A DNA stretch of 64,000 bases from Podarcis bocagei (lineage: Eukaryota). The notes beneath the pieces are model-generated. The model saw nothing but the letters and a program-made list of their open reading frames with translations. It had not been told where the DNA came from and did not search any database. Of this stretch, positions 1 through 52,600 are shown piece after piece. The position numbers were made by a program, and so were the translations under genes. Every line of letters starts with the position of its first letter. Position 1 is the stretch's first letter. The stretch lies in assembly GCA_964188305.1 (NCBI GenBank), contig OZ076903.1; one strand, given 5' to 3'.

Positions 1-1617
1 GCAGCAGATCCCAGAAATCTCGAAAGCAGCTGTATGTTTGTTAAGTTTTGCCTACAGTGCTACAGTGATGTGCCTTACACATCAGCCTTCACCAGCCTCT
101 GCATACAATGGGACTTACTCCTAGGTAAATCAGCACAGCAGTTTTTGCCCTCTGGGTGTTTCGGGAGTAAGTCCCATTGAATTCATAGAATTGTACTACA
201 TGGCGTTCAGTCACACGGTACTTCCAAAGAGGGTACTCTGCTCCAGATAGTTTCAAAAATCCATACTTTTTTCAGAGAAATGGATAAAATGAGGATACGA
301 ACAGTAGCACATTTGGGTTTTGAAGCTTTAAACGAGACAATCCAAATGGAGTTGATGCATGACACGTATATTTTACTGCTTATACCTCCATTTTGATTTC
401 TGATTTTAATTTCTCTTGGCGTGAGGAAAACAGGAACGCAAAACCACTTTTAAATGCTCTGTTAACACGTAAACAAGCTCTAAAGAGATTCTGAGGAAGT
501 GCTAAGAATGCCCCTTGTCTGAAACCCTGGAGAGCCACTGGGTCCCCCAAGTGTTTTTTGGACTACACATCCCATCATCCCTGACCATTGGCTAGGCTAG
601 CAGGGGATGATGGGAGTTGTGGTCCAACAATTCTGGAGACCCAAGGTTGAAGGACACTGGCAATAGTGAGCTAGAAAAACCAATGGTCTAACTTCGTACA
701 GGCATCCCCCCCCACACATACACACTTGTGCACGATCAATGGAAAAGAGACTGGAGGCGCAGCAGGGCTTTGTTTAGGCTGCTCAGCCTCCCCGCCAAAC
801 AGCTGGTGTGTGTGGTAGCGCAGCAGCTGCTGCCTTCCTGCTCTTCCTCCAGCCTCCTGCCAGTCCCCGAGCTTCAATTCCAGTTGTAGGTATTTTTGGT
901 ACAGCATTTTTGATTTTTGGAGAGTAGCATTTTGGAGAAAGAGCAGCAGAGAGGGTCTACCCACTTACGCGATTTTCATTTATGCACATGGGGTGCCAGA
1001 ATGTAACTCCCGCATGAGTGAGGAGTCGCTTGCATAAGGCAGCTTCCTATGTTTAGCTTGAACTGTTGTCAGTGGTATATTCAGCTGCTCACCCATGCTA
1101 TTCATGGTGCACAATGAATGCTGGGCCCAGCCTCTTATTTCTGCAGGCACAAGTTGGCATGGAAGTGCTGCTGTAATCTGTGTGTTTTGCCGACTTATTA
1201 ATAAATGCACCTTCCACTCAGAAGTTTTTGTGCCCCGGGGATGCTGAGATGTCACAAACTCAGCTTTGATTTGGCCTGGCAGGATGATGTAGAATAAGGC
1301 GGTCATTTGCTTTTGAATAGGCCGCTGGGAAAGTGGAACTATCTGCACAACTAGGTTGTAGTAGTCAGGAGGTGGATGTAGTTGTCTTTTATTATTATTA
1401 ATCATTTATATATAGCTCATTAACATGAAATATTCATTGGTTGACTCACTAGCACAATCCCATCTCGCCTCTGTCATCCGTCCCCTTGTTTCTGTTTCTC
1501 CTTCCCAACTGTCAAACTTCAGATGGCGAGCTCCGTGGGGCAGAGACCTCCCTGTGCTCATGATCCCTGTAGGGATCCCAAGTACCCCAGGGCTGCTGTG
1601 TAGATAACGATGAAATA

Positions 1618-1854
1618 CAGTGGTACCTCGGTTTACGAACTTAATCTGTTCCGCAAGTCCATTCTTAAACCGAAACTTTGTAAACTGAGGCACGCTTTCC
1701 CTAATGAGGCCTCCCGCCTCTGGTGCCCTTCCACCGTTCGGATTCCGTTCTTAGACCGAGGTAAAGTTCGCAAACCGGAACACTACTTATGCTTTTGCGG
1801 AGTTCGTAAACCGCATAGTTCGTAAACGGCTGTTCTTAAACCAAAGTACCACTG
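1618..1854. mobile_element. Tc1/mariner-superfamily MITE
   Basis: TA|CAGTGGTACCTCGG ... GTACCACTG TIRs. Confidence 0.85.
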
Positions 1855-3691
1855 CAATTTAATGAACAGTGTACTTCTTGCTGTTCTGTGGAATGAGATT
1901 TTATTACAGGTTAACTCTCACTTTAGGAAGAATTTGGGCGATGGAGGGTATGCGCCATGTCACTGTAGCTCACGAGGAAACAGAACGACATAGATTGCGA
2001 TGTAAATAACACAGAAGATCTCCATGAATTCTGATGTGAGTCCACACAGGCATTTGACTATAAAAGCAAGTTCTCCCTGCAGAAAAGCTGGATGCAATGA
2101 GACATGCTCATTTCTTGTGCTATTGGTTTATTTTTATTTTTGGAAAAACACCTATTCAACTATTTTCATATAAAACGAATTCAAGGTGTTGGAATAGAAG
2201 GGAGGGGAGGATTTTTCCCTACCACAAATTTCCAAAGCTTTACATTTGCCTTGTATTAAAATTTAATTTCCTCCAATACCTGCGCAAAGTTCAGCCAGGT
2301 ACAAAGCAGTAAAATAATTTGCTAATCAGTGGAGCACACCACACACTCTCCTTCTGCTAACCTTTTTGCAGCTAAAATGCAGCCATCTGCTAAGAGATTC
2401 AGACAGAGCTTGAGGGTTATTAATTTATTTTCAGCGTGCTCCAGGGACTTTGCCACCTGCTCCCAAGCTAACACAGTTAAGGCTTGTCTTTTGTTCTCGT
2501 AAAAAGCTACAGCTCCTACCCTTAATGGGGCAATGTTCTGGAAACTACAGCACTAAGGTAGGATTTAGTGGTGTTCCTTATCTCGCTTGGTGCTCCTCCG
2601 ATGAGGACCAGAATATGTGTGAAAAAGAAAATGCTATTTCATTTATTACGGTAGTCACTTTTTTCAAAAGCTGAACTCAACGCAGCTTTTAAAAATAATG
2701 ATTAAAGCAGAAATAAAACAAGAATAAAACCAACCTAAAATACAATATGCATAAAAATAAGCAAAGACTATAAAATTGCAATGCCTTTTTATATCACGGG
2801 CATTGGAAGCATCCCAAATCCAATATGAACAGGCTTTGTATGTCCCAAACAGAATTCCCAGAGTTCCCCTTTAGCTTTTATAGCCAATGACATTGTTAGA
2901 CCAATTCTGGTTGGGTATTTTTGTCATTCTTTCCATTCCCAGCACTCAGGCTGCAGGTGCCGTTGCTTATTGTAGCCAAAAGAAGCACCACTGGTGCAAA
3001 AGAGGGGAGGTATCAGCAGGCTTAGGTAAACCCTGACGTTTGCAGAAGGTTGGGGGCGGGGCATGTAAGAGAAACCCGTGAAGACTGAGCACGCTCAGTG
3101 GCCGCGGAATGTTGACTGGCTGTTTGGCAGGGGAGATGAAAAACACGGAGGCGGAATAAAATGGAGTGGTTGCATTTTTTATTGCAAACCTCAACTCTTG
3201 TCAGAAGCTATTAGGCACAGAAGCTAAATTCAATATCTCTGTATACCTCTGACTGTTAGGTCCTGGGGAGAACAGGGAGGACTATTGCCTTCATACCCTC
3301 TTTCTGTACTTCGTGGAGCCATCTGGCTGACTTCTGTTGGAAACAGGGTGCTAAACTATATGAATGGCAGGGCTCCACATGCATTCGATGGTCTCGCAGC
3401 TGTTCAAGCTGCAGGAGCCCTGCCAGGAATAAACAGACAAACTTACTTAGCCTTCATTTTTTAACTAGTCCTAAGCATCTATCTAAATAACTGTCATTAT
3501 GTTCTGCAGCAATAAAATCCGCAGGTAATTATTACATGGTGTACAAGGAAATAACGCCTCAAACCTATTGCCTTTCAGTTTCCGTGAATGACGTTCAGGT
3601 TTTGCATCTTCTATTTGCAGTGAAACAATGTCACGGCGACTTCTAAAAAAGAACCCTCTGTTACGTTCTCCTGTGTTTTTCTCTCTTCCAG

Positions 3692-3817
3692 GTCTCTCAG
3701 GCAGCTGCAGAGCTTCAGCAGTACTGTATGCAGAATGCTTGCAAAGATGCCTTGCTTGTGGGCGTTCCTGCGGGAAGCAACCCATTTCGAGAGCCCAGGT
3801 CTTGTGCGTTGCTCTGA
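3692..3817 (+). CDS. GNG10: G protein gamma subunit 10, last coding exon (exon runs to 3823; first coding exon lies upstream of the window)
   Basis: Acceptor ctctcttccag|. Translates [41 protein letters not shown], the GNG10 C-terminus with a CaaX box (CALL). Donor ag|gtatgg 6 nt after TGA. GNG10 next to SHOC1 matches the mammalian gene order as I recall it. Confidence 0.97.
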   Translation, partial: VSQAAAELQQYCMQNACKDALLVGVPAGSNPFREPRSCALL

Positions 3818-3971
3818 AGACAGGTATGGTGATCCTTGCAGAAGCTTGCATCTCTCTTAAGAGCACAGGGCAGGATCTAATGAACTCTGGAGGACATGAA
3901 ACTAAATAGACAAGTTTGGGGGCTTCTGTTTCCCAAAATAGCAGGCACACCCAAATTGCTGCACTGCAAAA

Positions 3972-4103
3972 CATGGGCGTAGCCAGGATTTTTGTGGGGG
4001 AGCGGGGCAGAACTGATGTTATTGGTCAGTTAGTTAAATATTTCTATTGTTTTACTTGATCTGGGAGGGGCAGCTGCGCCCCCTCCCCCTGGCCTTGCCC
4101 ATG
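3972..4103. mobile_element. hAT MITE
   Basis: CATGGGC TIRs; 8-bp TSD CTGCAAAA. Confidence 0.82.
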
Positions 4104-5666
4104 CTGCAAAATACCTTTAAAGTTACAGAAACCATTGCAAAATACTTTTTGAGTTACATAAACCATTTGGCACAAGCAGTTGCTGATCAAAGAAGAAAAA
4201 TAAAAATCTCAGGAGCCACACACCCCTTTGGCATAAACCATATCATTAGAATCTACGTTAGGGTACAGTGTTTTATTCCCGAGTTGTGCAACCAAGTGTG
4301 CCGTTCTCGGATGAGGAAGAAAACCTGTTTTTTAAAAGGTACCATTTCAGAGAGCAGGTGGAAGCTCATAAAATGACTTGCTCCTCCATACAAAACAATT
4401 CCCTACATATAGGAAATTATCATTTCCCCCATAACATGGTAGTTTGGGTTTTTTTAAAAATATGCACTGAATAGTGTCATTGTAGAGGAGCTCTCCTCTG
4501 CAGTCCAAAGCAGTACAGTCTGGAAATGAGTTTATCATCTTACCTTTTCCTTGAGAGTGTGTAGGGCTTGATATATGTAACTCTTACCAAGTAAAATTGT
4601 AGAGAATAAAAATGGCATCTACCGGTAGGGGACACTGGATTCAATTTGAGACGAACAATTTACTTCCAGCTTGGTTCAGAATCTTAGACTTCAGCAAGTT
4701 TTAAGAACCCGTGGGCGTTGCCAGGTGGCCACTTTTTTCAGGTTGGTTTCAGTCACATAGCAGCAAATTCATGTTGCACAATTAAAGCTGGTTTGGAGCT
4801 GCTGTGCAACAAACCTACATCCACAAAAGACTGGACTTCAATGCTCATTAAGTAGCCAACATCATATAATCTCCTTGCAAATAAATAAGGGAGAATATGC
4901 AATAAGCAGATCGCAAGGAAGCATCCTTGGACTTCAATCCAAGATGGGATGATGCAGGCAGGACTCAGCTTGATCTTCAGAGGCTTGTCAGTAGGGGAAG
5001 GCAACAGGTTTTAGAGTCTTCCCACTGACATCCCTGAGTGTGTGAGTGCACTATTAATTTCTCCCAACTTTGGCCGATTCCCTTTTGCTCATATAACAGG
5101 GGCAGGATGCAGGGAGAGTAAACCACTGCAGTTGGGGATCCTGTCTTATGGAGAGCAAAGTATACTCTCCATCCCTGACACTGAGCAGCCCAGCCCCACT
5201 CAGTCACTTAGAAACCCTTCAGTGTGGCAGCCCCTGAATTCTCTGCCCATTTATAATAGGCAGGCAACTTTGCTGTCGTTTTTGGCACCTGCCAAAAATA
5301 TTTTATGCATCTAATTTTAGAATGCGATTTTACCATGTATAACAGCTTTAACATTGCTGATTTTATCTGTTTTGAAATGTCATGTTAGCTTGTTTTTAAT
5401 GCTTGTTTTTAATATGTGATTGTCCTTGTTTACCACTTAAGGGTTTTTTTTTAAAATTAAATGGCAAACAAATTATGTTTAAATAAAATGATCAGGGATA
5501 TCATGGGTGGAGCAGTGTGAGTCTCTGTGGGCAGACAGATGCTTTGCATGCTGTTTCATGGGCACAAACTTTTGTCTGTTGTAGTGATAGGATTCTTACT
5601 TCTGTGATTAACTTGTGAAGAGGAAGACAACCCTTTGATAAAGCTTTTCCCCCTCCTATATTGCAG

Positions 5667-6750
5667 GGAAGGTTATTGAAAAGTTCTCTTCAGACGTGAG
5701 AGGAAATCCTGGCAGCCTTCTTTTCAACAAACATGTCTACTTCTGTGTGGCCAAAACAGTATCTTTAGATATTTATTAGTCTGCTTGACTATCTTTGTAA
5801 CTGACTAGATCTTTTACTAATACTTGTGTAAAGCATTTTTTTAAGGAAGAGGCTTTCCTTTTGTAATTGAATCAGCTTCTTTTCTACACTTACTCCCCTG
5901 AGATGTTTACATTCTGGAAAAGAAAATTACCAAATGACTTCTTGCTCTGTTGTTGTGCCTGAATGAGACACTCACTAGGTACCTCCTTAGTAGCCGCTTT
6001 GCGTTTTCTGATAAAAATGTTCACTAGGCATGACCCAGCCAAAGGTAAATCCTTTTAACGCAGCAATGCTGTGCATATTCACCTCATTTGGACTTCTTGT
6101 TGGGTAAATATGCATAGGATCAGGCTCCATTTCCCATTAATTTCAATGGGACATGTTCAATAACATTCTTAACTTCCTTTTTGAAATTGGAGACTTGAAA
6201 GTTCTAAATTTTGGCAGGAGTCATAGAATCATAGAGTTGGAAGAGACCACAAGGGCCATCGAGTCCAACCCCCTGCCATTTTAGTGAGAGTGCCCATCTA
6301 TCCAGTATGGAAAGAAATATTATTTATAAAACATTGCTCTTTTGCTATTCCTGAAAGCATTGAGAATACAGAAATAGCTGGTTCCATCTGCCACATAGAT
6401 AAAATTCCCAAAATCCCCCATACTAGGTTTAGTGTGTCTTTAGTTTTTATTGTGCTTCTACAGAAAACTGTTTCTTTGAAATGTCTAAACTGTAACTCGG
6501 CAGGTAATTACAGACAAGAAGACTACACTACACTACATAAACACTTCTATAGGTCACTTTTTCAAGGCTTGCAACATTATTGGGACCTGTACAAATGTGT
6601 TTTTGGGGTGGGGTGCCTTTGATTTTTGTTTATCGAGCACTTTTACACACACACAGACTGTTTACTTTTTTAAAAAAGAATATTCTGTTTACACACCCTT
6701 GTTTGTATTAATATATTAGAAGCTTAAATAAAAATTTCTTTCCCTAACTA
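5667..6750 (+). other. GNG10: Probable non-coding last exon (3'UTR) of GNG10
   Basis: Pyrimidine-rich acceptor ttttccccctcctatattgcag| ending at 5666, then AT-rich UTR-like sequence and AATAAA at 6727-6732. Boundaries inferred. Confidence 0.55.
6221..6278 (-). mobile_element. Very short CR1 3' tail within the putative GNG10 3'UTR
   Basis: Near-identical to the terminal ~58 bp of the CR1 at 52141. Confidence 0.85.
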
Positions 6751-8517
6751 TTTGGGACACACTGTTGTATGGAAAGAGGAAGCATTTTGGGTAACAAACA
6801 GAAATATTTTTGATGGGGGAGTTTTCAGTGTAAAATAAATCTGATATCCACTGAAGGAATTCGGAAAGTGCACATAAGATTGCTTATTTCTCAACTATAG
6901 CCCAGGCAGGGTGTCCTTGCATAAGATTTACCCTCCAAACGTCAGAGAAACAGCTCTGACATTGGAGAGGGCGATCCTTTGCTGGCGTCTCCCTCTTCCA
7001 ACACCATCAAAAAGGGGATGGGTGGAAGTGTCTCAGGAAATGGTTTGAATCCAAAGCTGGTCCCCTGGATGCCCCTAAACCCAGGAGGAAATTTAGTCAT
7101 ACTCCTGAGTGTGTATGTTAAAATCTCTCCTGTTAAAAGATTATTCAGCTTCAAAGTGGAACAAATCATAAAATCCAATTCTTTCTTATCCTAATGGTGT
7201 CAGCAAATGACTATTTGCAAGTGGACTGCTTTATCCTATTCATGGTAATTAATGCAGTAATAATTCCTAATATGCATGCAGAAGAGAAAGAAAATGAGCC
7301 CTTCCGAAGGTGATATTCCTTTTGATTTCCAGTATCGGTCAATCATCCGAAAGCATTACATGCTAACAACCGAGTTTGGATTTTTGTACCATGTGCATCG
7401 CCACACAACAATATTTCAGTGAGACCTGTACAAGTGAATTTCCCAGTAGTTGTCCCTGGTCAGACCTGTTTCTGCAACCCTTCAAGTCATCCAGAACTGG
7501 TCACCCGAGATAGCTGCCTTACATTGCTTTGACCTGCAAGGCTGCTTTTCTCAAACCACACCTACCTGGCCTGCGTCTGATGTGATGTCAGGTGGAAGGC
7601 AAGTAAAGGTGTGGTCAGATGATTGGGGCTAAGAGACAGCACTTTTGAAATGTGTTTCCACTTGGAAACTTCAAAAGGCACTGTTGCCAACCTGCTACAC
7701 TTGGCCCACAGGGCTGGTGGAGATAAGGATTTGGTCCACCAGGCTGAAAAATAATTCCTACCTATGATTTACGGGGATGAAAAAAGTGGAAGGCAATTCC
7801 ACTGGGTGAGGAAAGGAAGACAACCTCAGCAAATACCAGGAAACAGTTTGAGTCACAGCATTCCTTCATAATATGTTTAAGATAAAAAACCCTTATGGGC
7901 ATCTAAAATCTCTCAAAAAACTATTTTTGTTCTCTCCTCACACATGACATTCTCTTTTTCCCGGTATTTCAAATAAAGAAGTACTAATTATGCGGTTTTA
8001 AAAACATTGCTGAATTATATAACATTGTTGCAATTCAAACAGGAGAGAAAGCCAGTTTTTGTTTTGTGGTTCCTTTTTGAAAGTAAGTTGCAGGATCTGT
8101 TTAGAGGATGAGTCAAAATGAGAAACTAATCTAAAAATGCTTGTCATTTTTTAAAAATGTACCAACCCCTAAGCTGTTTTTTATATCAATATTTTAAACC
8201 TTTCCCCCCTTCATGTACTTTTTATAGGTTTGGACTACAATTCTGATATGTGCATAATAAGGGTGAACTCAAGGAAAAGGAGCAGGAATGTTTCTTAAAC
8301 TGTGAAAGAAAGAAAGCTGAAACATTCCCGCCCTGTGGCTGGTTATGATTATATTTGGTATCTCTTAACTCTGAAATAGCAAATTCCCCAGATCAGCAAA
8401 AGAACCCTGCCAAATCTGTGGGAATGGAAAATTGGCTGTTCAGAGACCACAAAAATGGACTCAAAATAGTGACGCCTCCAGGCTTGTAAATATAAGTTAC
8501 TATGGTTATTATTACTA

Positions 8518-8771
8518 CAGTGGAACCTCGGGTTGCAGACGTAATCCGTGATGGAGGCACGCCCACAACCCGCAGCGTTCGCATCCTGAAGCACCGCATC
8601 TGCGCAGGTGTGATTTGGTGCTTTTGTGCATGCGCGAAGCGCGATTTAGCACTTCTGCGCATGCACGAGCGGCAAAACCCAGAAGTAACCCGTTCCGGTA
8701 CTTCTGGGTTTCCCATGGTCCACAACCTGAAAACACGTAACCTGAAGCGGCCATAACATGAGGTATGACTG
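8518..8771. mobile_element. Tc1/mariner-superfamily MITE
   Basis: TA|CAGTGGAACCTC ... GAGGTATGACTG|TA. Confidence 0.82.
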
Positions 8772-8849
8772 TACTTCAATGGCCTTTAAAAGCAATGATC
8801 CCTATACTGTAGATCTATAGGAATATTTTTCAGAGGCTGGATTCAATTA

Positions 8850-9075
8850 CAGTGGTACCTCTGGTTACAAACTTAATTCGTTCTGGAGGTCTGTTCTTAA
8901 CCCAAAACCGCTCTTTAACCTGAGGCGCGCTTTCGCTAATGGGGCCTCCCGCTGCTGCCGCGCCACTGGCGCATGATTTCTTTTCTCATCCTGGGGCAAA
9001 GTTCTCAACCCGAGGCACTACTTCCGGGTTAGTGGAGTTTGTAACCCGAAGTGTTTGTAACCTGAGGCACCACTG
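8850..9075. mobile_element. Tc1/mariner-superfamily MITE
   Basis: TA|CAGTGGTACCTC ... GAGGCACCACTG|TA. Confidence 0.88.
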
Positions 9076-9678
9076 TAACTAGTGCTGCTAGCGGAAGCAA
9101 TGGGACTTCCCCCCCTCCCCCCACCCTGAAATTGGCTCAGGTTTGGGGGGGGGCATGAGGGCATGAGAAGTACCAGATCATGTAGAAGAGGGAGGATCAT
9201 TCCATCTGGCAAGCTGAAAAGCCTGTACTGTCAGAACAATTGGCAACGTGCCACACTGAATTTCCCCCGAGATATTTGACATATTCTAAGACCATTTATT
9301 TATGGCCCAATAAAGAGACTGCCCTGGGCAGGAGTGACAAGCTGGTTTCTCATGACAACCACCACTTTACATCTCCCCTTCAGCCTCAAATAAAGGGAGG
9401 AGGTCTACATCAACTGGGAGCGTCCTCTCTCCTCTAGTTCTTCCTGGATACCTAGAAAGTGCCCCTTTCCTGTCCAGTCTTGAAATATGGACTTAGCAGC
9501 AATCCACTGGTAGCTACGGGTGACAACTTGGTCTGTTGGCCTCAAATCAGGACAACTGCCATTTGTCCCTGACAGATGTTCCAAATTCTGCAGGCAGAGT
9601 TGACAATATAGCCCCCCCCCCTTCTAGAGATGCTCCGAAGGAGTTATAAAGATGATGTATAATTTAAGTATGCAGTGC

Positions 9679-9684
9679 TTTATT
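9679..9684 (-). terminator. Candidate SHOC1 polyadenylation signal (AATAAA)
   Basis: AATAAA on the minus strand ~215 nt after the stop codon. Confidence 0.5.
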
Positions 9685-9898
9685 TTAATCGTCATACCAC
9701 ATCTTTGTGTAATAATTTTCCAGGCTTATCTAACCTATTTTCTACAATCTCCAAAAAAAACCACCCTCGAACAAGCACTACAAGAAAATATTAAAAACTG
9801 TTTAAAAGTAAGTATACAATATATTATAACATTGTTTTAAAACTGCTTAAAGTATATCACATATAAACAGAAGTGTGAAAGGTGAGATTGCATTTCCT

Positions 9899-48539
<38,641 letters not shown>

Positions 48540-49275
48540 GATGTTTTCTGGTCAAATGTTTGGCTGCCTGAAAGCAAAACAAAACAAGTCCAAGTCTTCA
48601 GACAGCTCTGATAGTGATGTTAATTGCTTACAATAATATTTCAGATATCACATAAATTTACTCAGAAAGACTTGTAATGAGAAATTTCCTATCTTTCTAT
48701 ATTTATTTAAATTTTGAGTCATTCTGTAATGAGTGTAATTAGAATTGGAAAACGTAAAAAATGCAAAGATATAAAGGTTAATTTTGAAAGCCATGAGGCG
48801 GGAGGGAAGGAAGTTGATAGGCTCTAAGAGCCAGGGCAGTATAGTGGATAACGACGATGTGAATGTATAATATTAAATGGAAAATAAACAAAAATTATAT
48901 ATATATATATATATATGGAAAGCAAAACAATTCCTTAAAGAACACGCAACGCTGCAATCTCCACCCCTGCGGCCTCCTTTTCTCAGAGCTGGATATTGGG
49001 TGCTGTGGACCCACAGAGGGTGCAGAGCTGAGGGGGTGCAAAATGGAGAAGAACCACAACCATTTTGGAGCGCCCAATGTCCGCCATATTGTAAAAGGTG
49101 ACCAAAGTTCTCCTTTTCTCTTCTTGCACACGGGAACAAGAGCAGCGCTTCTCCCATCCCGTCCCCTGGATGACCGAATGAAATCTCCTTGTTCCGATTC
49201 GTATTACTGAGAGAAATAGTGGAGCGTATACCGTTTGCGATCTTTTGAAAAGGGACCTTCATATCATCGCCTCAC

Positions 49276-49500
49276 CCCTTTTCTCCTTAGCACAAATGGG
49301 TGGGTGAATTTCCTCACAGCGAACGAATAAAAATTAGGCCCCAGCATGCTCTTTTTCTTTATTAACTAGTCAAAAAGGCCAACAGGGGGCTTCTGAGCCA
49401 CCTTGAAGCCTCCCTCACACCAGGCAGGAACGTGTCGTCTCAAATTAAGTGGGATTTGAAAGCAGAAGCCATTTTATTTTTTTGACCGTAAGCTGGGAGC
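49276..49500 (-). promoter_or_regulatory. Candidate SHOC1 promoter / non-coding first exon
   Basis: Donor AAGGG|gtgagg at 49275, ~700 nt upstream of the ATG exon acceptor; CpG locally elevated at 48.9-49.45 kb. Confidence 0.35.
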
Positions 49501-49615
49501 TCATCCACTTATCTGTTGCACCTGAGTTCAACCAGGTAAATGTTAGAGCCTGAAGGAAATTTCCCTCAGCAGAGGGATTTTTTCTTCTTCTTCTAGAAGG
49601 GGAAGAGGGATTTTG

Positions 49616-49616
<1 letters not shown>

Positions 49617-49686
<70 letters not shown>
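49617..49686. repeat. (ATT)n microsatellite
   Basis: Seen directly. Confidence 0.95.
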
Positions 49687-49789
49687 GTAAAAATTCTCAG
49701 GAAGCAACACAAGGTGGAAATGGCCTGGTCAAGACAGCTGGCCAATACTTGCCGACAGATTTACGTATTAGCTAAAAAAGCTATAGCTT

Positions 49790-50455
49790 AGGACTCCACT
49801 CCCTTGGGGCCCCCCAAAAAAAATTAAAGGGGGAGGGGAAACTGGATGTACATTTCCAAAATATAAGATAAAAAAACAAATAAAATAAAACCTACATACA
49901 GCAACAGTGTTTTGTGTTGTGTAGGCTCCTATGATGTAAGTAATGGGCCCCGCCTGCTTGTATTAACTGCAATTGCATTGTACAGGTTATAACACTTAAT
50001 TCAATTTTAAAAGAGCTATTTATAATTATTAGTACTTTGCGCCATATATCACCTATTATTATTTCATGTTATAGCAAGTTTCTAGAAACTAGATTATGAG
50101 TCTTTGTAAACTGTGTTTCTAAAGGAACTTTTGTTATTGCCAAATGCCAGTGTGTTTGCATTATTAAGTTTGTCCTGAATAAAAAATCATTTTAAGTTAG
50201 TGCTTAATAATTATTTCACTATTAATATACTTCTTCTTAATTGTATTTCAGTTCAACAATTACTTTGATTAAATACATACTTTGTTATGTGCAAATGGCT
50301 TTAGATACCTATTATTAGGTCCATAAATTGCCATACAGCATATATTCAACACAAAAAACAGCGACAATTTGCTGTTGGCAAAGGACAGCTGGACATATAA
50401 AAGGCCCCATTACCTTCAGTAGTTTAGGGCCTCATCAAACCTAAATCCGGCCCTG
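49790..50455. mobile_element. Probable hAT-type non-autonomous element, left end lost
   Basis: Right end AAATCCGGCCCTG with GGGGCCCC subterminal motifs; no TSD found. Confidence 0.5.
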
Positions 50456-52140
50456 CCTGCAGAGTGGTGCCAAAATGCTTTCTGAGTAAAAAAAAATTAT
50501 TCTGTAGTCATATAATGCCAGAGGTTTGGCTTCTCTCTGTGCTCCTCAGCCAGTAGTCGCATTTCACATCATATGGCTTCTCTTAAAGGATCCTGGGAAC
50601 TATCTGGCGAAGGACGCTGGGATTGTAGATCCATGAGGGGTAAACTACAGTTCCCAGGCCATGGTTTTTTTTGGGGGGGGGGTCAGAAAAGGTCAAGGAA
50701 AACCAGGCTGTTTTCACTTGATTTGGCAATGATCACTATTTAATGTTCCACACCAACTTGAAAATAATAGAGTATATTCTACTTTATTATATCCTTGTAT
50801 CTCACCAGTATACTGATATTTCTGTTTTTTGAGAGTTGCATAGGAATCACTAATGTTTTTGCAGAAACAGCCTCCATTAAATGTTTGTGCTCTTTTAAAC
50901 AAAATAGCCTCACCGTTAACTCTTTCTGTCTCTACACGAACACAGTTGGGAAAGGGGCTGGCTTCCACTGTAGCATTTATTATGATTTTAAAAGTAACCC
51001 CTCCAGTTTATTGAAATCCCAAAGCTTGGATCCAACTTACTGTTATAATTGCTATAAGCTTTTCCCACCAAGAACCATCTGATCTGCTAAGGTGGCAGTG
51101 TTTAGATCAGAGGTACGGTACATGAGTTTGGTGCATTGCCTTTACAGAAACCATCATGACTGCAGTGGAATTAATTGGTATAACATAGATGTTCTGAAAC
51201 CTTGAAGTGCCTTTAAAAAACAAAACAACTCTCTGGATTCCATAAATTAAACTTTTGTGTTGTTCCCTGCCTGCCTGTTGCCAGCACACAGGGATTCTCA
51301 GCATCGAGTACAATGAATGCAATAAAACAGACGGTGCAATCAGTAATTAGCCATGCATCACACCAGAATAGGCAGCCTCTGAACATACTTGGGAGTTCCT
51401 TGGCAAAAGAAAAGCAATAACGTCATCATGACATCGCCTGCATGGTACAAGGGAAGGAAGCCTCTGGGCATATGTAGAGTGCAAGATAAGTAACTGTACC
51501 TGTGATATGACAAGAAACTTGAATGATTTTATATTTTTGCGAGGAGTATGGTGGGTGTTGAAAGGGGGAGGCAGGAAGGAAACTTAATGCACACTAGCCG
51601 CAGAGGACACATCCTCTGTGTGTACAGATGTTGTCTGCATAGCGTGCAGGTATGACACTTGCAAAGTGATGTCTATACAGTATTTAAAACCCCAAACCAC
51701 AGCAATTCAGAGGCCTTTGCAGCCTGCGACAGGCCCTGCTCTCAGGGTTTACCGTCATTTCCCTACAACCACAATCTGCGGCCTGTACAGAGAAGTTAAG
51801 GAACATAAATTATACACAAACTTTTTCTTTGATGAATGCTGTTCTTCTTTCCATGGAAAGAGGAAGAAAATGGGGGGAAAGCTAGCACCTAGCACTCCTA
51901 ACAGGTTTTTTTTTTAAATGGATTGCCTAATCTAAGTAAAAGTGTGCAGATTAGTTGCTGTTTTAGAAGTTTTCTTGACTCTTTTGTACTGTATATGACT
52001 CTTCCCCTCCCCCCCCCCGCGCCGCCACTCTTTCAGTGCACATTTATGTGTGGAATGGGGATTGTTGCATGGAGCATCATTCTTCCAGTGTATGTTTTCT
52101 TGGAGATAAATCTATTGAGTTCAAGAGCACTTATAAATAA

Positions 52141-52467
52141 ATCATAGAATCATAGAGTTGGAAGAGACCACAAGGGCCATCGAGTCGAACCCCCTGCCAA
52201 GCAGGAAACACCATCAGAGCACTCCTGACATATGGTTGTCAAGCCTCTGCTTAAAGACCTCCAAAGAAGGAGACTCCACCACACTCCTTGGCAGCAAATT
52301 CCACTGTCAAACAGCTCTTACTGTCAGGAAGTTCTTCCTAATGTTTAGGTGGAATCTTCTTTCTTGTAGTTTGGATCCATTGCTCCGTGTCCGCTTCTCT
52401 GGAGCAGCAGAAAACAACGTTTCTCCCTCTTCTATGTGACATCCTTTTATATATTTGAACATGGCTA
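52141..52467 (-). mobile_element. CR1 LINE 3' fragment
   Basis: FKYIKGCHIEEGETLFSAAPEKRTRSNGSKLQERRFHLNIRKNFLTVRAV and (ATTCTATG)n tail. Confidence 0.93.
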
Positions 52468-52600
52468 AATATTCAAGTTGCATGTTGGTATGCAGTCTTA
52501 AGTCTTTCAGGTGATTTAATATCGATTGGATCATATGCATAATTTGTAATTTAGGACAAGCTTCTCAACAGATTTTACTGAGTGAAGATATCAGTGCAAG

